Shown here: positions 37,758-47,700 of the stretch, piece after piece | Layout of the letters: every line of letters starts with the position of its first letter | How positions within the stretch are numbered: position 1 is the first letter of the stretch | IMG/VR virus record: IMGVR_UViG_3300008111_000003 | Source: a virus | Direction: 5' to 3' (one strand) | Length of the DNA stretch: 64,000 nt | The notes under the pieces: generated by a model | The model's database searches: none | What the model was told of the DNA's origin: nothing | Seen by the model: only the letters and a program-made list of their open reading frames with translations | Translations under genes and position numbers: made by a program

Positions 37758-38133
37758 AATAAATATTAGTTGTGTAGTGTTCGGTGTTAATCCAGGTTTG
37801 AATAAAAGATGTATACTATCTATCAAATCTGAAGATATAGAATTACCTAATTTTAAATTATCTATTGATCAAGCATCAAATATTAATCAGAGTATTATTG
37901 ATTTTCTAAGACAATATATTTTTGTGAATGAATTAGAATTATTACCACAGATAATTAATATTAATTCATCAAAATTAAAAACAGAAGATCATATCTTACA
38001 AACTATATATGGATTTATTATAGACTATAAAAGTAGCATAGATTCTTCTAAGGCACAATGGATAGATTTTGATCCACTACAAGAACATAGATTAAGTCCG
38101 GTTATTTTTGAAACCATGCAAAAACTATCATAA
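37750..38133 (+). CDS. hypothetical protein (possible degenerate Nudix fold)
   Basis: ORF track; LP motif and W.D end. Confidence 0.5.
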   Translation: MFEINISCVVFGVNPGLNKRCILSIKSEDIELPNFKLSIDQASNINQSIIDFLRQYIFVNELELLPQIININSSKLKTEDHILQTIYGFIIDYKSSIDSSKAQWIDFDPLQEHRLSPVIFETMQKLS

Positions 38134-38134
38134 T

Positions 38135-38503
38135 ATGTTACAAAAACTAAAATCGTTATTTACACAAAAAGAACAACAAAAAGAATCTCAAAAAAGTAAG
38201 TCTAATTATTTAATATTTGAACTTGATGAAAATAATCAATCCCATATATCATTAGCGATTAATAATGATGACTTAGAAAGTGCTAAACAACTTGGTATTA
38301 TGTTATTTTTAATCAATGAAGGATATTATGTACAATTAATTTTAGATGTTTTACTAAAAATTTCTAAACAAGATATCAATCATAATATTTTTGTGCAGAA
38401 GGTTATATCTGACTGGTCATCTCATATTAATGATAATTTATTATCTGAAAACAATGATGAACCGATTATTAAACCAACTCATTTCAATTCAAAGGGCGAA
38501 TAA
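38135..38503 (+). CDS. hypothetical protein
   Basis: ORF track. Confidence 0.6.
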   Translation: MLQKLKSLFTQKEQQKESQKSKSNYLIFELDENNQSHISLAINNDDLESAKQLGIMLFLINEGYYVQLILDVLLKISKQDINHNIFVQKVISDWSSHINDNLLSENNDEPIIKPTHFNSKGE

Positions 38504-38937
38504 TGGATAATAAACCACTAATTATGTGGGAAAAATGGGTTGATCCGTTTGGTCAAGATATGGACGAGGCTAAATGGACTGATTATAATAATGATATAGC
38601 TGATCTGGATAATATACTTAATAGTGATCCAGAAGAGGATGATGACGAGGATAAAGTCAAAGAACATAAACCTATTTCTCGTAATCCTATAAAAGTTATA
38701 GCCTCTCCATTGGGTCTTATCCCATACAACGAACATACTGCTAGTGGTAAAATTTTTAATTTTTGGTTAGGTCATACTAATTTTAGTATATCCAATAAGA
38801 TTAAAAATATTATTGAGCAGTGTGACGGGGTTGAGATATTAGATATCTTTACTAGATACCGATTCAGAATAGCCATAGGTAAATGTTTTAATGACTCCGA
38901 AGTTATTAATACTATTAATGAAAGTTTGAATCAATAA
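38503..38937 (+). CDS. conserved phage hypothetical protein
   Basis: FNFWLGHTNF...GVEIL...TRYRF.I.IGK.F. Confidence 0.7.
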   Translation: MDNKPLIMWEKWVDPFGQDMDEAKWTDYNNDIADLDNILNSDPEEDDDEDKVKEHKPISRNPIKVIASPLGLIPYNEHTASGKIFNFWLGHTNFSISNKIKNIIEQCDGVEILDIFTRYRFRIAIGKCFNDSEVINTINESLNQ

Positions 38938-38941
38938 ATAT

Positions 38942-39625
38942 ATGACAAATGTTACCAACAATGACTTCACTCTTCTTAATACTATTCATGATTATAATAT
39001 TGATCTAAATAATAGAGAGATATATCTACACTCATATATGTCTGATGAATCTGATGAGGCTGGCGTTGATTATAGATCAGCAATAGTATTTGAAAAAAAC
39101 CTACGCTACCTTAACAGCATATCATTAGAACCCATTCTTGTGCATATGCATTTGCCTGGCGGCGACTGGCAAGATTGTTTGGGCATTTATGATTCTATAC
39201 GAGCCAGCAAAAGCAAAGTTATTATAGTCGCTACTGCTAAAGTTGAATCTAGTAGTAGTGTACTATTGCAAGCGGCAGACCTGAGAATTCTAACACAAAA
39301 TACTAATTTTTTGATCCATTATGGATCACTTAGTATTGATAACGAACACAAGGCCGCTTTAAGCACAGTACAGTGGAGTGAAAAAGAGAGCGAAAAGATG
39401 ATCGATATATTCACTGAAAAGTGTATGAATAGTATTATATGTAAAGAAAAAAATTGGAAAAGAATGATGGTACGAAAACATATTGTGAGTCAGTTAGCCA
39501 CAAAAAGAGATTGGATACTAACATCGGACGAGGCCGTAAGATATGGTTTTGCTGATGGAGTATTAGGCACAAAAAAATATCCCAACATAGAATATATCAA
39601 AAACTTAATGAAGAAATCAAAATAG
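38942..39625 (+). CDS. ClpP-like protease
   Basis: REIYL, PGG, ESS (Ser), LIH (His), RDW.L..DEA..YGFAD (Asp). Confidence 0.8.
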   Translation: MTNVTNNDFTLLNTIHDYNIDLNNREIYLHSYMSDESDEAGVDYRSAIVFEKNLRYLNSISLEPILVHMHLPGGDWQDCLGIYDSIRASKSKVIIVATAKVESSSSVLLQAADLRILTQNTNFLIHYGSLSIDNEHKAALSTVQWSEKESEKMIDIFTEKCMNSIICKEKNWKRMMVRKHIVSQLATKRDWILTSDEAVRYGFADGVLGTKKYPNIEYIKNLMKKSK

Positions 39626-39626
39626 C

Positions 39627-40295
39627 ATGTATATTGATTTTGCTTTTATAGATACTGATATTAATGATATTGACTCTAAAAATATAGTCACTGAAATAAT
39701 TCAATATCCTATTAATAGCATAACAGCTCCGTACTATTTAATCAAAGGAATTAAAAATCTGGTTCCTACTGACCGTATCAGTCTATCTTGCCTGATTGAT
39801 TATCCGTTAGGCATTTCTGATAGTAAAACACGGCGATTTTCTGTTGAGCAAGCATCTAAGATTGGTATAAACTTCGTGGATATTGCTATGCCACAGAATT
39901 TAGCAGCAAATAGGAGGTATGATAAAATAAGAGACGATATCAAATATGCGATGGAATTTTGTTCTACTAATAATATTCAACCTCGATATATACTAGAATA
40001 TAGAACTTTCGACCACCACTGTTTAAAGAAAATTTGTGAGATATTTGAGAGTTTCAAGATAACGTATGTTTTTCCATCAACAAATTTCTTTCTTGATAAT
40101 TTAGCCGATAATATACTAGCATCCGTTTTTCTATATCAAAACTCAAAAGACCTAAATATTATTTCCACTGGTAACGTATGGTGCGATAAACATTTTGATA
40201 CTATGATTAAATCTGGCCTATTTGGGTTTAGAACAACCTCAGTTCATAGTTTGAAAAATTTTGTAGCTTTTAATTCTGGCCTTAAACATAAATAG
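39627..40295 (+). CDS. DeoC/aldolase-like TIM barrel, catalytically degenerate
   Basis: IDYPLG, VDI.M, YILE, PSTNF in place of KTSTGF. Confidence 0.7.
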   Translation: MYIDFAFIDTDINDIDSKNIVTEIIQYPINSITAPYYLIKGIKNLVPTDRISLSCLIDYPLGISDSKTRRFSVEQASKIGINFVDIAMPQNLAANRRYDKIRDDIKYAMEFCSTNNIQPRYILEYRTFDHHCLKKICEIFESFKITYVFPSTNFFLDNLADNILASVFLYQNSKDLNIISTGNVWCDKHFDTMIKSGLFGFRTTSVHSLKNFVAFNSGLKHK

Positions 40296-40296
40296 T

Positions 40297-40306
40297 GGTG
40301 TATAAC
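40297..40306 (+). promoter_or_regulatory. putative phage late promoter (GGTGTA motif)
   Basis: TGGTGTATAA upstream of the structural block; motif recurs intergenically at least 12 times. Confidence 0.6.
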
Positions 40307-40344
40307 CTGTTGTTCCACAAAATTCTTTAATATGGAGTATAATA

Positions 40345-40911
40345 ATGGCAACAGCTCAAGTAAATGGTAGTGCTACCACAGTTTCGCCATATGGCGCTAT
40401 AGTTGAAGCTAGCAATAATCACGGCACAATGAGAGCTAACGGAACATCAACATCTAATGTTGTAGAAAATGTTAACACAGTTAGACCAGTTGTTGATGCT
40501 TTTGGATCCAGGGTAGTTCCTGACTCTGTAACAGAAAAAGACTATGCTGGCAAAGCAGTTAGTGCTGGCACTTTTGCTCACAACCACGTTAAGCCGATTA
40601 GTAGTTTAGTTACCACAGAACTAGCCGGTGTTGATACTAATGTTATCAAATCTCCCGCTAATGATGGTGTTAAGCGTAGTATCAATAAAGTTGAGAATAA
40701 TAAGTCTGTACTATTTACAACAGCTATTAGAGCTAACAAGTACAATAGGGTAACTGGTAAATGGGATAGTAATTATCCTGCCGCTCAAACCATTAGTTTT
40801 GCTAGTGATGAGGCTGCTAATCCTACACTTAGTGTTCCTGGTGAACTAACATATCGCACAGGTTCCAAGGTTCCAGTTAATGATAACTATAAGAATAAAA
40901 CCAACGGCTGA
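40345..40911 (+). CDS. probable virion structural protein
   Basis: A/T/N/S-rich, GGAG SD, late motif upstream. Confidence 0.6.
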   Translation: MATAQVNGSATTVSPYGAIVEASNNHGTMRANGTSTSNVVENVNTVRPVVDAFGSRVVPDSVTEKDYAGKAVSAGTFAHNHVKPISSLVTTELAGVDTNVIKSPANDGVKRSINKVENNKSVLFTTAIRANKYNRVTGKWDSNYPAAQTISFASDEAANPTLSVPGELTYRTGSKVPVNDNYKNKTNG

Positions 40912-40941
40912 TAATCAACACTATTAACTTTAACGACACAT

Positions 40942-40981
40942 AATAAGCCAATGATACTTGAAGGTGTCGTTGGCTTATTTA
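40942..40981 (+). terminator. long hairpin/terminator
   Basis: AATAAGCCAATGATAC...GTGTCGTTGGCTTATT followed by short T run. Confidence 0.65.
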
Positions 40982-40996
40982 GTTATGGAGAAGCCT

Positions 40997-41314
40997 ATGA
41001 GTGAAACTATTATTCATTTTTGGGAAAATATTGCAACAACTAGTATTGGTATTATTGTGACTATGATGGGGTTTTGGGTGGCTATAGGCCGCAATATGGT
41101 AACCAAAAGCGAAGTGGCTCAACTCATCAAAAATGAAAGTCCTTATCTTCAAGATCGTCAGTTTATTATGGAAAGATTAGCTAGTAATAAAGAGACTCAA
41201 GCGGCATTTGCATCAGCACTTCAGCGTAATACTGAAGTTATGAACGAACTTAAAATTCAAATAGCCACTCTTGGTAAAACACTAGAGGCTCTTGAAGATA
41301 GAATAGATCGCTAG
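40997..41314 (+). CDS. TM plus coiled-coil protein (holin-like)
   Basis: single TM then coiled coil; GGAG SD; alternative in-frame ATG at 40985. Confidence 0.6.
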   Translation: MSETIIHFWENIATTSIGIIVTMMGFWVAIGRNMVTKSEVAQLIKNESPYLQDRQFIMERLASNKETQAAFASALQRNTEVMNELKIQIATLGKTLEALEDRIDR

Positions 41315-41353
41315 GTGTATTATACTATAACTCACTAGAATAAAGGTAAAAAT

Positions 41354-41566
41354 ATGGCTAATGACATTAATAAAATCGTATCGGCTAATCCCATTAAAAA
41401 TGGTACAGTTCTCGTTTCTTGCACTAGAACTGGAGAATATTCCACACTAGATACTAATGTTAAGAACACTCCAGCTATAGCGGATATACAAAATAAATAT
41501 GATGCTAGATTTGATGATCCAAGCTACTATTATGGTCTAGGTAACTCTAACGTGATAGGAACCTAA
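41354..41566 (+). CDS. hypothetical late protein
   Basis: GGTGTA motif at 41314. Confidence 0.6.
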   Translation: MANDINKIVSANPIKNGTVLVSCTRTGEYSTLDTNVKNTPAIADIQNKYDARFDDPSYYYGLGNSNVIGT

Positions 41567-41568
41567 TT

Positions 41569-42048
41569 ATGGGAATTGTAAGAATAAATGAACTTCCAGA
41601 AGGCTCTGGTAATTTAACTAATGATGATATTTTCATTTTTATGGATGATCCATCTGGTGGTGGAGTTACTAAAAAAATTAGTTTGAGTGAAATTAGTAAC
41701 GCTATTGGTGTAGGATCGCCTAGTTTTACAGTTATTAATCTTGGTAGTGTTAGTGGAAATATTAATACTGATGCTAGTTCTGGTGGCATTTTTGATCTAA
41801 CATTAACTGGTAGTGGACTATTAACCAATCCAACCAATCCAACAAATGGTCAAACATTAAGGTGGAGAATACGTCAAGATAATACTGGTAATAGAATATT
41901 AAGTCTTGGAAATAAATTTAAGATTCCATCTAGCGCAACCAATCCACTCCCTTTTAGTGGCGGGAGTGGCGTTATGGATATTCTTGGTGCCACATATCAT
42001 GCTGGTCGTGACAAATGGGATATTGTAGCATTTGTACCCGGTTACTAA
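41569..42048 (+). CDS. tail-fibre-related protein
   Basis: VRINELP...TKKI N-terminus; RQDNTG.R.L.....F...D.LG C-domain typical of fibre tips. Confidence 0.7.
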   Translation: MGIVRINELPEGSGNLTNDDIFIFMDDPSGGGVTKKISLSEISNAIGVGSPSFTVINLGSVSGNINTDASSGGIFDLTLTGSGLLTNPTNPTNGQTLRWRIRQDNTGNRILSLGNKFKIPSSATNPLPFSGGSGVMDILGATYHAGRDKWDIVAFVPGY

Positions 42049-42076
42049 AATTTACATAATATAATAAGGAGATTTT

Positions 42077-42379
42077 ATGAATTTATCAAATCCTATTACT
42101 ATTCAGCCACCAACTATTATAAGAGCCGATGGAGAAGTGCGAGTTCAAAATCCCATAATAATTAAAGAACTTAGTTTAATAATTATTGATGATGTAAAAA
42201 ATAAAAATGTTATTGTTAAAATTAAACCATGTCCTTTTCCCTTGGTTGTATGGACAAAACAAGATTATGATACTGTAGGTGATTATACCCAAACCCAATT
42301 AGAAAATAGAGTATTAGAGTTGCTTGGGGATGATATTAAAAGTAGTCTAGAAAAATTATTTAAGCCTCCAACTAGATAG
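42077..42379 (+). CDS. tail-fibre-associated protein (chaperone-like)
   Basis: position; W..DYD.VGDYT. Confidence 0.55.
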   Translation: MNLSNPITIQPPTIIRADGEVRVQNPIIIKELSLIIIDDVKNKNVIVKIKPCPFPLVVWTKQDYDTVGDYTQTQLENRVLELLGDDIKSSLEKLFKPPTR

Positions 42380-42389
42380 TTTAAAAATT

Positions 42390-43355
42390 ATGGCAACATT
42401 TTATTTGTATGCTACCAATCTAGAAGATGGTTACATCAACTGGAATAGTCTTGGTAATTGGTGGATGAGCTATAATGCTGAAACCAATGTTTATTCTGTT
42501 CCAGCCTCAACTTTACCATCAAGTTCTGATGATGTTATAATTAAAGATCAAACTCTATCTATCTCTATTGGTAATAATGGACCAAACATAGTAATAAATA
42601 ATTTAACTATTGATATTTCATCCAACCAGTACGCATATCTTGAAAACATAACAATCACAATAAATAATACTTGCTATTTAAATAATACGACTTTGTCTCC
42701 TAATACAACCATAAATGGAAATTGTGTTTTTACTGGTAGTGCTACCATATATCAAGATGTTATTGTTAATGGAGATTGTATTTTTAATGCTAATGATGTC
42801 TATAATGGTTTTTATATAGGTGGTGGAATCATTAATGGAAATATAATATGTAATGATAATAATTGGAATACGATAATTATCGGAGCAGCGTATAGCCCAC
42901 TCGTTATAAATGGTGATCTCACTTTGAATGGTTGGTGTAGGATGGATAATCAGACTGATAACTTAACTATAAATGGAAATTTGATATTGAATAATATTTC
43001 ATATATAGAAAGTACTACACTTACTGTTAATGATGGAACTATCACTTTTAATGATTATTCTAGCAATTATGGTACTATAACCGGAAATTGTGTTTTTAAT
43101 GATTATTCTAACAATGGTGGTACTATAACGGGAAATTGTGTTTTTAATGGTTATTCTATAGGTGGTGGTACTATAACCGGAGATTGTGTTTTTAATCATA
43201 GTTCTCACCATAATGGAATAATTTATGGTATTGCTTTGTTTAAAGACTCAAGTTATCAAGAATCATCGTCTGTAGTAGAATATATTGAATATACTAATAG
43301 AACACCATATCCAATACCGGGTGGTATTAATGGAGGTATGCTAGCAATAGCATAG
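42390..43355 (+). CDS. beta-helix repeat virion/receptor-binding protein, copy A
   Basis: I.GN/DC.FN beta-solenoid repeats; paralog of next gene. Confidence 0.75.
   Translation: MATFYLYATNLEDGYINWNSLGNWWMSYNAETNVYSVPASTLPSSSDDVIIKDQTLSISIGNNGPNIVINNLTIDISSNQYAYLENITITINNTCYLNNTTLSPNTTINGNCVFTGSATIYQDVIVNGDCIFNANDVYNGFYIGGGIINGNIICNDNNWNTIIIGAAYSPLVINGDLTLNGWCRMDNQTDNLTINGNLILNNISYIESTTLTVNDGTITFNDYSSNYGTITGNCVFNDYSNNGGTITGNCVFNGYSIGGGTITGDCVFNHSSHHNGIIYGIALFKDSSYQESSSVVEYIEYTNRTPYPIPGGINGGMLAIA
43045..43206 (+). repeat. 48-bp coding tandem repeat (16 aa)
   Basis: TTTAAT-xxx-xxx-TCT-N9-GGTACTATAACCGGA(A/G)ATTGTGTT, about 3.3 units; also at ~44041-44200. Confidence 0.85.
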
Positions 43356-43362
43356 AAGAATT

Positions 43363-44364
43363 ATGGCAACATTTTATTTGTATGCTACCAATCTAGAAGA
43401 TGATTATGGTTACATCGACTGGAATAGTCTTGGTAATTGGTGGATGAGCTATAATGCTGAAACCAATGTTTATTCTGTTCCAGCCTCAACTTTACCATCA
43501 AGTTCTGATGATGTTATAATTAAAGATCAAGACCCAAACTATCCTTATAGTAGTTTTATTATTTATAATAATGGACCAAACATAGTAATAAATAATTTAA
43601 CTATTGATATTTCATCCAACTGGTTCGTAGATCTTATAGACATAACAATCACAATAAATAATACTTGCTATTTAAATAATACGACTTTGTCCCTTAATAC
43701 AACCATAAATGGAAATTGTGTTTTTACTGGTAGTGGTACCATATATCAGGATGTTATTGTTAATGGAGATTGTATTTTTAATGCTACCACCATTAATGAT
43801 GGTTTTTATATAGGTGGTGGAATCTTTAATGGAAATATAATATGTAATGATAATAATTGGAATGTGATAGTTATCGGAACATCGTATAGCCCACTCGTTA
43901 TAAATGGTGATCTCACTTTGAATGGTTGGTCTTATATGTTTTATGACACTTATAACTTAACTATAAATGGAAATTTGATATTGAATAATATTTCATATAT
44001 AGAAATTAGTACACTTACTGTTAATGATGGAACTATCACTTTTAATGATTATTCTTACAATATTGGTACTATAACCGGAGATTGTGTTTTTAATGATTAT
44101 TCTTACAATAATGGCATTATAACCGGAGATTGTGTTTTTAATGGTTATTCTATAGGTGGTGGTACTATAACCGGAGATTGTGTTTTTAATCATAGTTCTA
44201 GTAATTATGGAACAACAATCTATGGTAATGCCACATTTAAACACGCTAGTTATAATAAGAATGATGGGGCGTATGTAATAACAGGAACTGAATCTTATTC
44301 TCAAAGAGATACTTGGCCATTACCACGCGGTATTAATAGATCAAATATTTTAGGATTAATTTAA
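43363..44364 (+). CDS. beta-helix repeat virion/receptor-binding protein, copy B
   Basis: near-identical DNA to copy A outside variable patches. Confidence 0.75.
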   Translation: MATFYLYATNLEDDYGYIDWNSLGNWWMSYNAETNVYSVPASTLPSSSDDVIIKDQDPNYPYSSFIIYNNGPNIVINNLTIDISSNWFVDLIDITITINNTCYLNNTTLSLNTTINGNCVFTGSGTIYQDVIVNGDCIFNATTINDGFYIGGGIFNGNIICNDNNWNVIVIGTSYSPLVINGDLTLNGWSYMFYDTYNLTINGNLILNNISYIEISTLTVNDGTITFNDYSYNIGTITGDCVFNDYSYNNGIITGDCVFNGYSIGGGTITGDCVFNHSSSNYGTTIYGNATFKHASYNKNDGAYVITGTESYSQRDTWPLPRGINRSNILGLI

Positions 44365-44365
44365 T

Positions 44366-44770
44366 ATGAGCGCAAAACTATATGATTTCTCTATTGAACA
44401 AGGAACATCCTTTAGATTATCTTTAATATATAAAGATAGCAATGGAGACGTTATTGATCTCACTAATTATTGTGCTAGATTAACTATGAAAACTGGAAAT
44501 AATGAGTATAAAACTTTTAGTAGTTTAAATACTAATTTTAGTGAGTATAAATTTACTATTGATGGACCTCAAGGAACCATAACATTACTGATCCCGGCCA
44601 CAACTACTAATAACTATAATTTCAATAGTGCCAAATATGATTTAGAATTACAAAGTGATCAAGATTTATATAGTGGTGGTGGCAAACTCACAATAAGAGT
44701 ATTATATGGTACAATAACCATAGTTAAAAGATTTAGCCAATCATCTATTATACTAGATTGTTCATTATGA
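44366..44770 (+). CDS. tail/baseplate-associated Ig-like protein
   Basis: IEQG.SF...DLT.Y.AR...G.ITL...YDLEL...R.LYG.I. Confidence 0.7.
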   Translation: MSAKLYDFSIEQGTSFRLSLIYKDSNGDVIDLTNYCARLTMKTGNNEYKTFSSLNTNFSEYKFTIDGPQGTITLLIPATTTNNYNFNSAKYDLELQSDQDLYSGGGKLTIRVLYGTITIVKRFSQSSIILDCSL

Positions 44771-47700
44771 GTTGTTTTGATGTTAAAATTTTAGATCCTG
44801 ATATTAACACCATAACTATTGAAAGTTGTATTGGTGATCAACCAGCGTCTATAGAGGTTATCACTTATAATAATACGAATATTTTAGAAGTTAATAGTTG
44901 TGTTGCATTATTACCATCTGATATTAATGATTTAATACCGGTTAAAGATATATTACCAGGAAGCGGAATAGGTATAGTATCAACTAGTGGAATTTATACT
45001 ATATCATTAAATGATCCTAATTTAACATCTAGTGATATAATTGATTTTTTAGAGAGTGTTCAGGATATTATTGGGCAGAGTGGACTGTATGCGGGAAATT
45101 ACATTAATTTAAGTTATAATGATACTACAGGCTTTACCACAATATCAGTCACAGGATTACAGCCGAGTGGTAATTATAGCGTGGTCGGTCATACTCATAT
45201 AAGTTCTAATATTACTGACTTTAATAGCTCCGTTAGTGGACTGTTACCAATTAAAAATATAACCGCTGGCAGTGGAATAGGAATATCTTCAGTTTCTGGA
45301 GATTATATAGTTAGTGTAACAGGAACTTTTGGACTAACTAGTGAAGAGGTCGATGATAGGGTTAGTAAATTATTAATAGCTGATAATTATGTTAACTTAA
45401 ACTATGATGATATTGCTAATAGTTTAACAATCAGTGTAACAGGATTACAGCCAAGTGGCAATTATAGTTTAGCTGGTCATACGCACTTTAGTAGTGATAT
45501 TACCGACTTTAGTAGTTCTGTAAGTGGACTATTGCCACCATCAAATTTTACATCACTAATAGGAGTTAGTGGCATAACAGTTAGTAATAGTGGAACAAAT
45601 TATACTGTTAGTTTAACTGATCCAACAATACAACTAGCAGATATCACAGATTTGTCATCTAATAGTAGAACTTTCCTATTAACTCCATCTAGTTCCAATT
45701 TAGCCACCCTCATTACTGATGAAACTGGTTCTGGATTTTTGGTTTTTAATAATAGTCCAACATTAAGTGGAATACCTACAGCACCAACCGCACCAAGTGG
45801 AACCAATAATACTCAAATTGCTAATACAGCATTTGTACGAACAGAAATTAGTAATCTCATTAACTCTGCACCGAGTACACTAGATACACTAAATGAATTA
45901 GCCTCTGCTCTTGGTAATGATCCTAATTTTGCAACTAGTGTAACTAATAGTTTAGCATCTAAGGCCGCCCTTGCTGGAGCAATTTTTACTGGGCCAGTAA
46001 CTATTCCAAGTGGAACTGGTAATTTTAATAGTTTAACTGTGAATGGAATAGGAATAAGTTTAAGTGGTCATTCTCATACCATAGCCGATATAATAAACTT
46101 TAATAGTGGAGTAAGTGGTTTATTACCAAATATAACCGGTATCAATTATATAATATCAAACTTTTCTGATAATATTTATTCTATTGGTGTTACTGGCTTA
46201 CAACCTAGTGGAAATTATAGTGTTGTTGGCCACACTCACTCTAGTTTAGATATAACAAATTTTAATTCTAGTGTTAGTGGCTTATTACCAACTGTTACTG
46301 GAATTGATCAAGTAACCTCCAAATTTACCAATAATACTTACACTATTTCTGTAACAGGACTACAGCCGAGCGGGAATTATAGTGTGGTTGGCCACGCTCA
46401 CATAACCAGCGATATAACAAACTTTAGTAGCGGTGTGAGCGGACTACTTCCCGGCGTTAGTGGCTCTGGCTATGCTGTCTCAAACTTTGCTAACAACATT
46501 TATACTATTAGTGTAACAGGACTACAGCCAAGTGGTAATTATAGTGCTGTTGGACATAATCACACTATTAGTGATATTACTAATTTCTCTAGTGGAGTAA
46601 AAAATATAGTATCAACCACATTAGTAGCTGGTACCGGAATAGTATTTGATGAAAATTTAATTAATAATACATTTACTATTAGTACAACTGGATTACAACC
46701 TAGCGGAAATTATAGTATTGTTGGACATGTTCATACATCTAGCGATATTACTAATTTTGATAATAGTGTAAGTGGATTATTGCCAGTAAAAAATATATCT
46801 GCTGGAAGTGGTATAGGAGTAACCTCATTATCTGGTGATTATACAGTGAGTGTAACTGGGACATTTGGTTTAACTAGTGAAGAAGTTGACGATAGAATAT
46901 CATCATTATTAATTGCTGGTAATTATATTAATCTCAATTATAATGATAATCTAAATAGTTTGACTATTAGCACAACTGGACTACAGCCTAGCGGAAACTA
47001 CAGTTTAGTTGGTCATACACACGTTAGTAGTGAAATTACAAATTTCAATAGTAGTGTTAGTGGACTATTACCAAGTATTACTGGTTCTGGCTATATTACT
47101 TCTAACTTTAGTAATAATATCTATAATCTTAGTGTAACCGGATTACAACCTAGCGGAAACTATAGTTTAATAGGACATAATCATTCTAGTAGTGAAATTA
47201 CTGATTTTAATACCTCTGTTAGTGGATTAATTCAGGTTAAAGATATTCTTGGTGGGACAAATGTTAGTATTGGTAGTTCTAGTGGAGTATATACAGTTAG
47301 TATTACTGGTGGAGTTGTAGCTAGTAGTGCATCATCGTTAACAGTAAGTTGTCATAATCTAACCGGATCAACAATTAATAGAATGAGTGCTGTTTATATT
47401 AATGGTGGCCACGGCAACGAACCAACAATATCTCTAGCTATTGCTAATAGCGAAAGTACTAGTAGTAAAACATTTGGTTTAGCGGTTGAAGATATTAATG
47501 ATAATAATAGTGGTGATGTGATTGTTATTGGTTCCCTAATAGATGTTAATACTGATCAATTTGGAGTTGTTGAAGGAACCACTTTATATCTTAGTCCGAG
47601 TATTTCGGGTGCTTTAACAACAATTAAACCATTAGCCCCAAATCATTTAGTTACTATTGGTAAAATTGTTCGTAATCATATTAATCAAGGAATAATTCAA

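Noticed and set aside
43045-44205. 48-bp repeats as a CRISPR array
   Set aside because: The units are in-frame coding repeats with only 9-nt variable parts; no spacers or cas genes
42390-44364. One paralog being the DGR template of the other
   Set aside because: Both are intact ORFs and neither consistently has A at the differing sites; any template must lie outside the window
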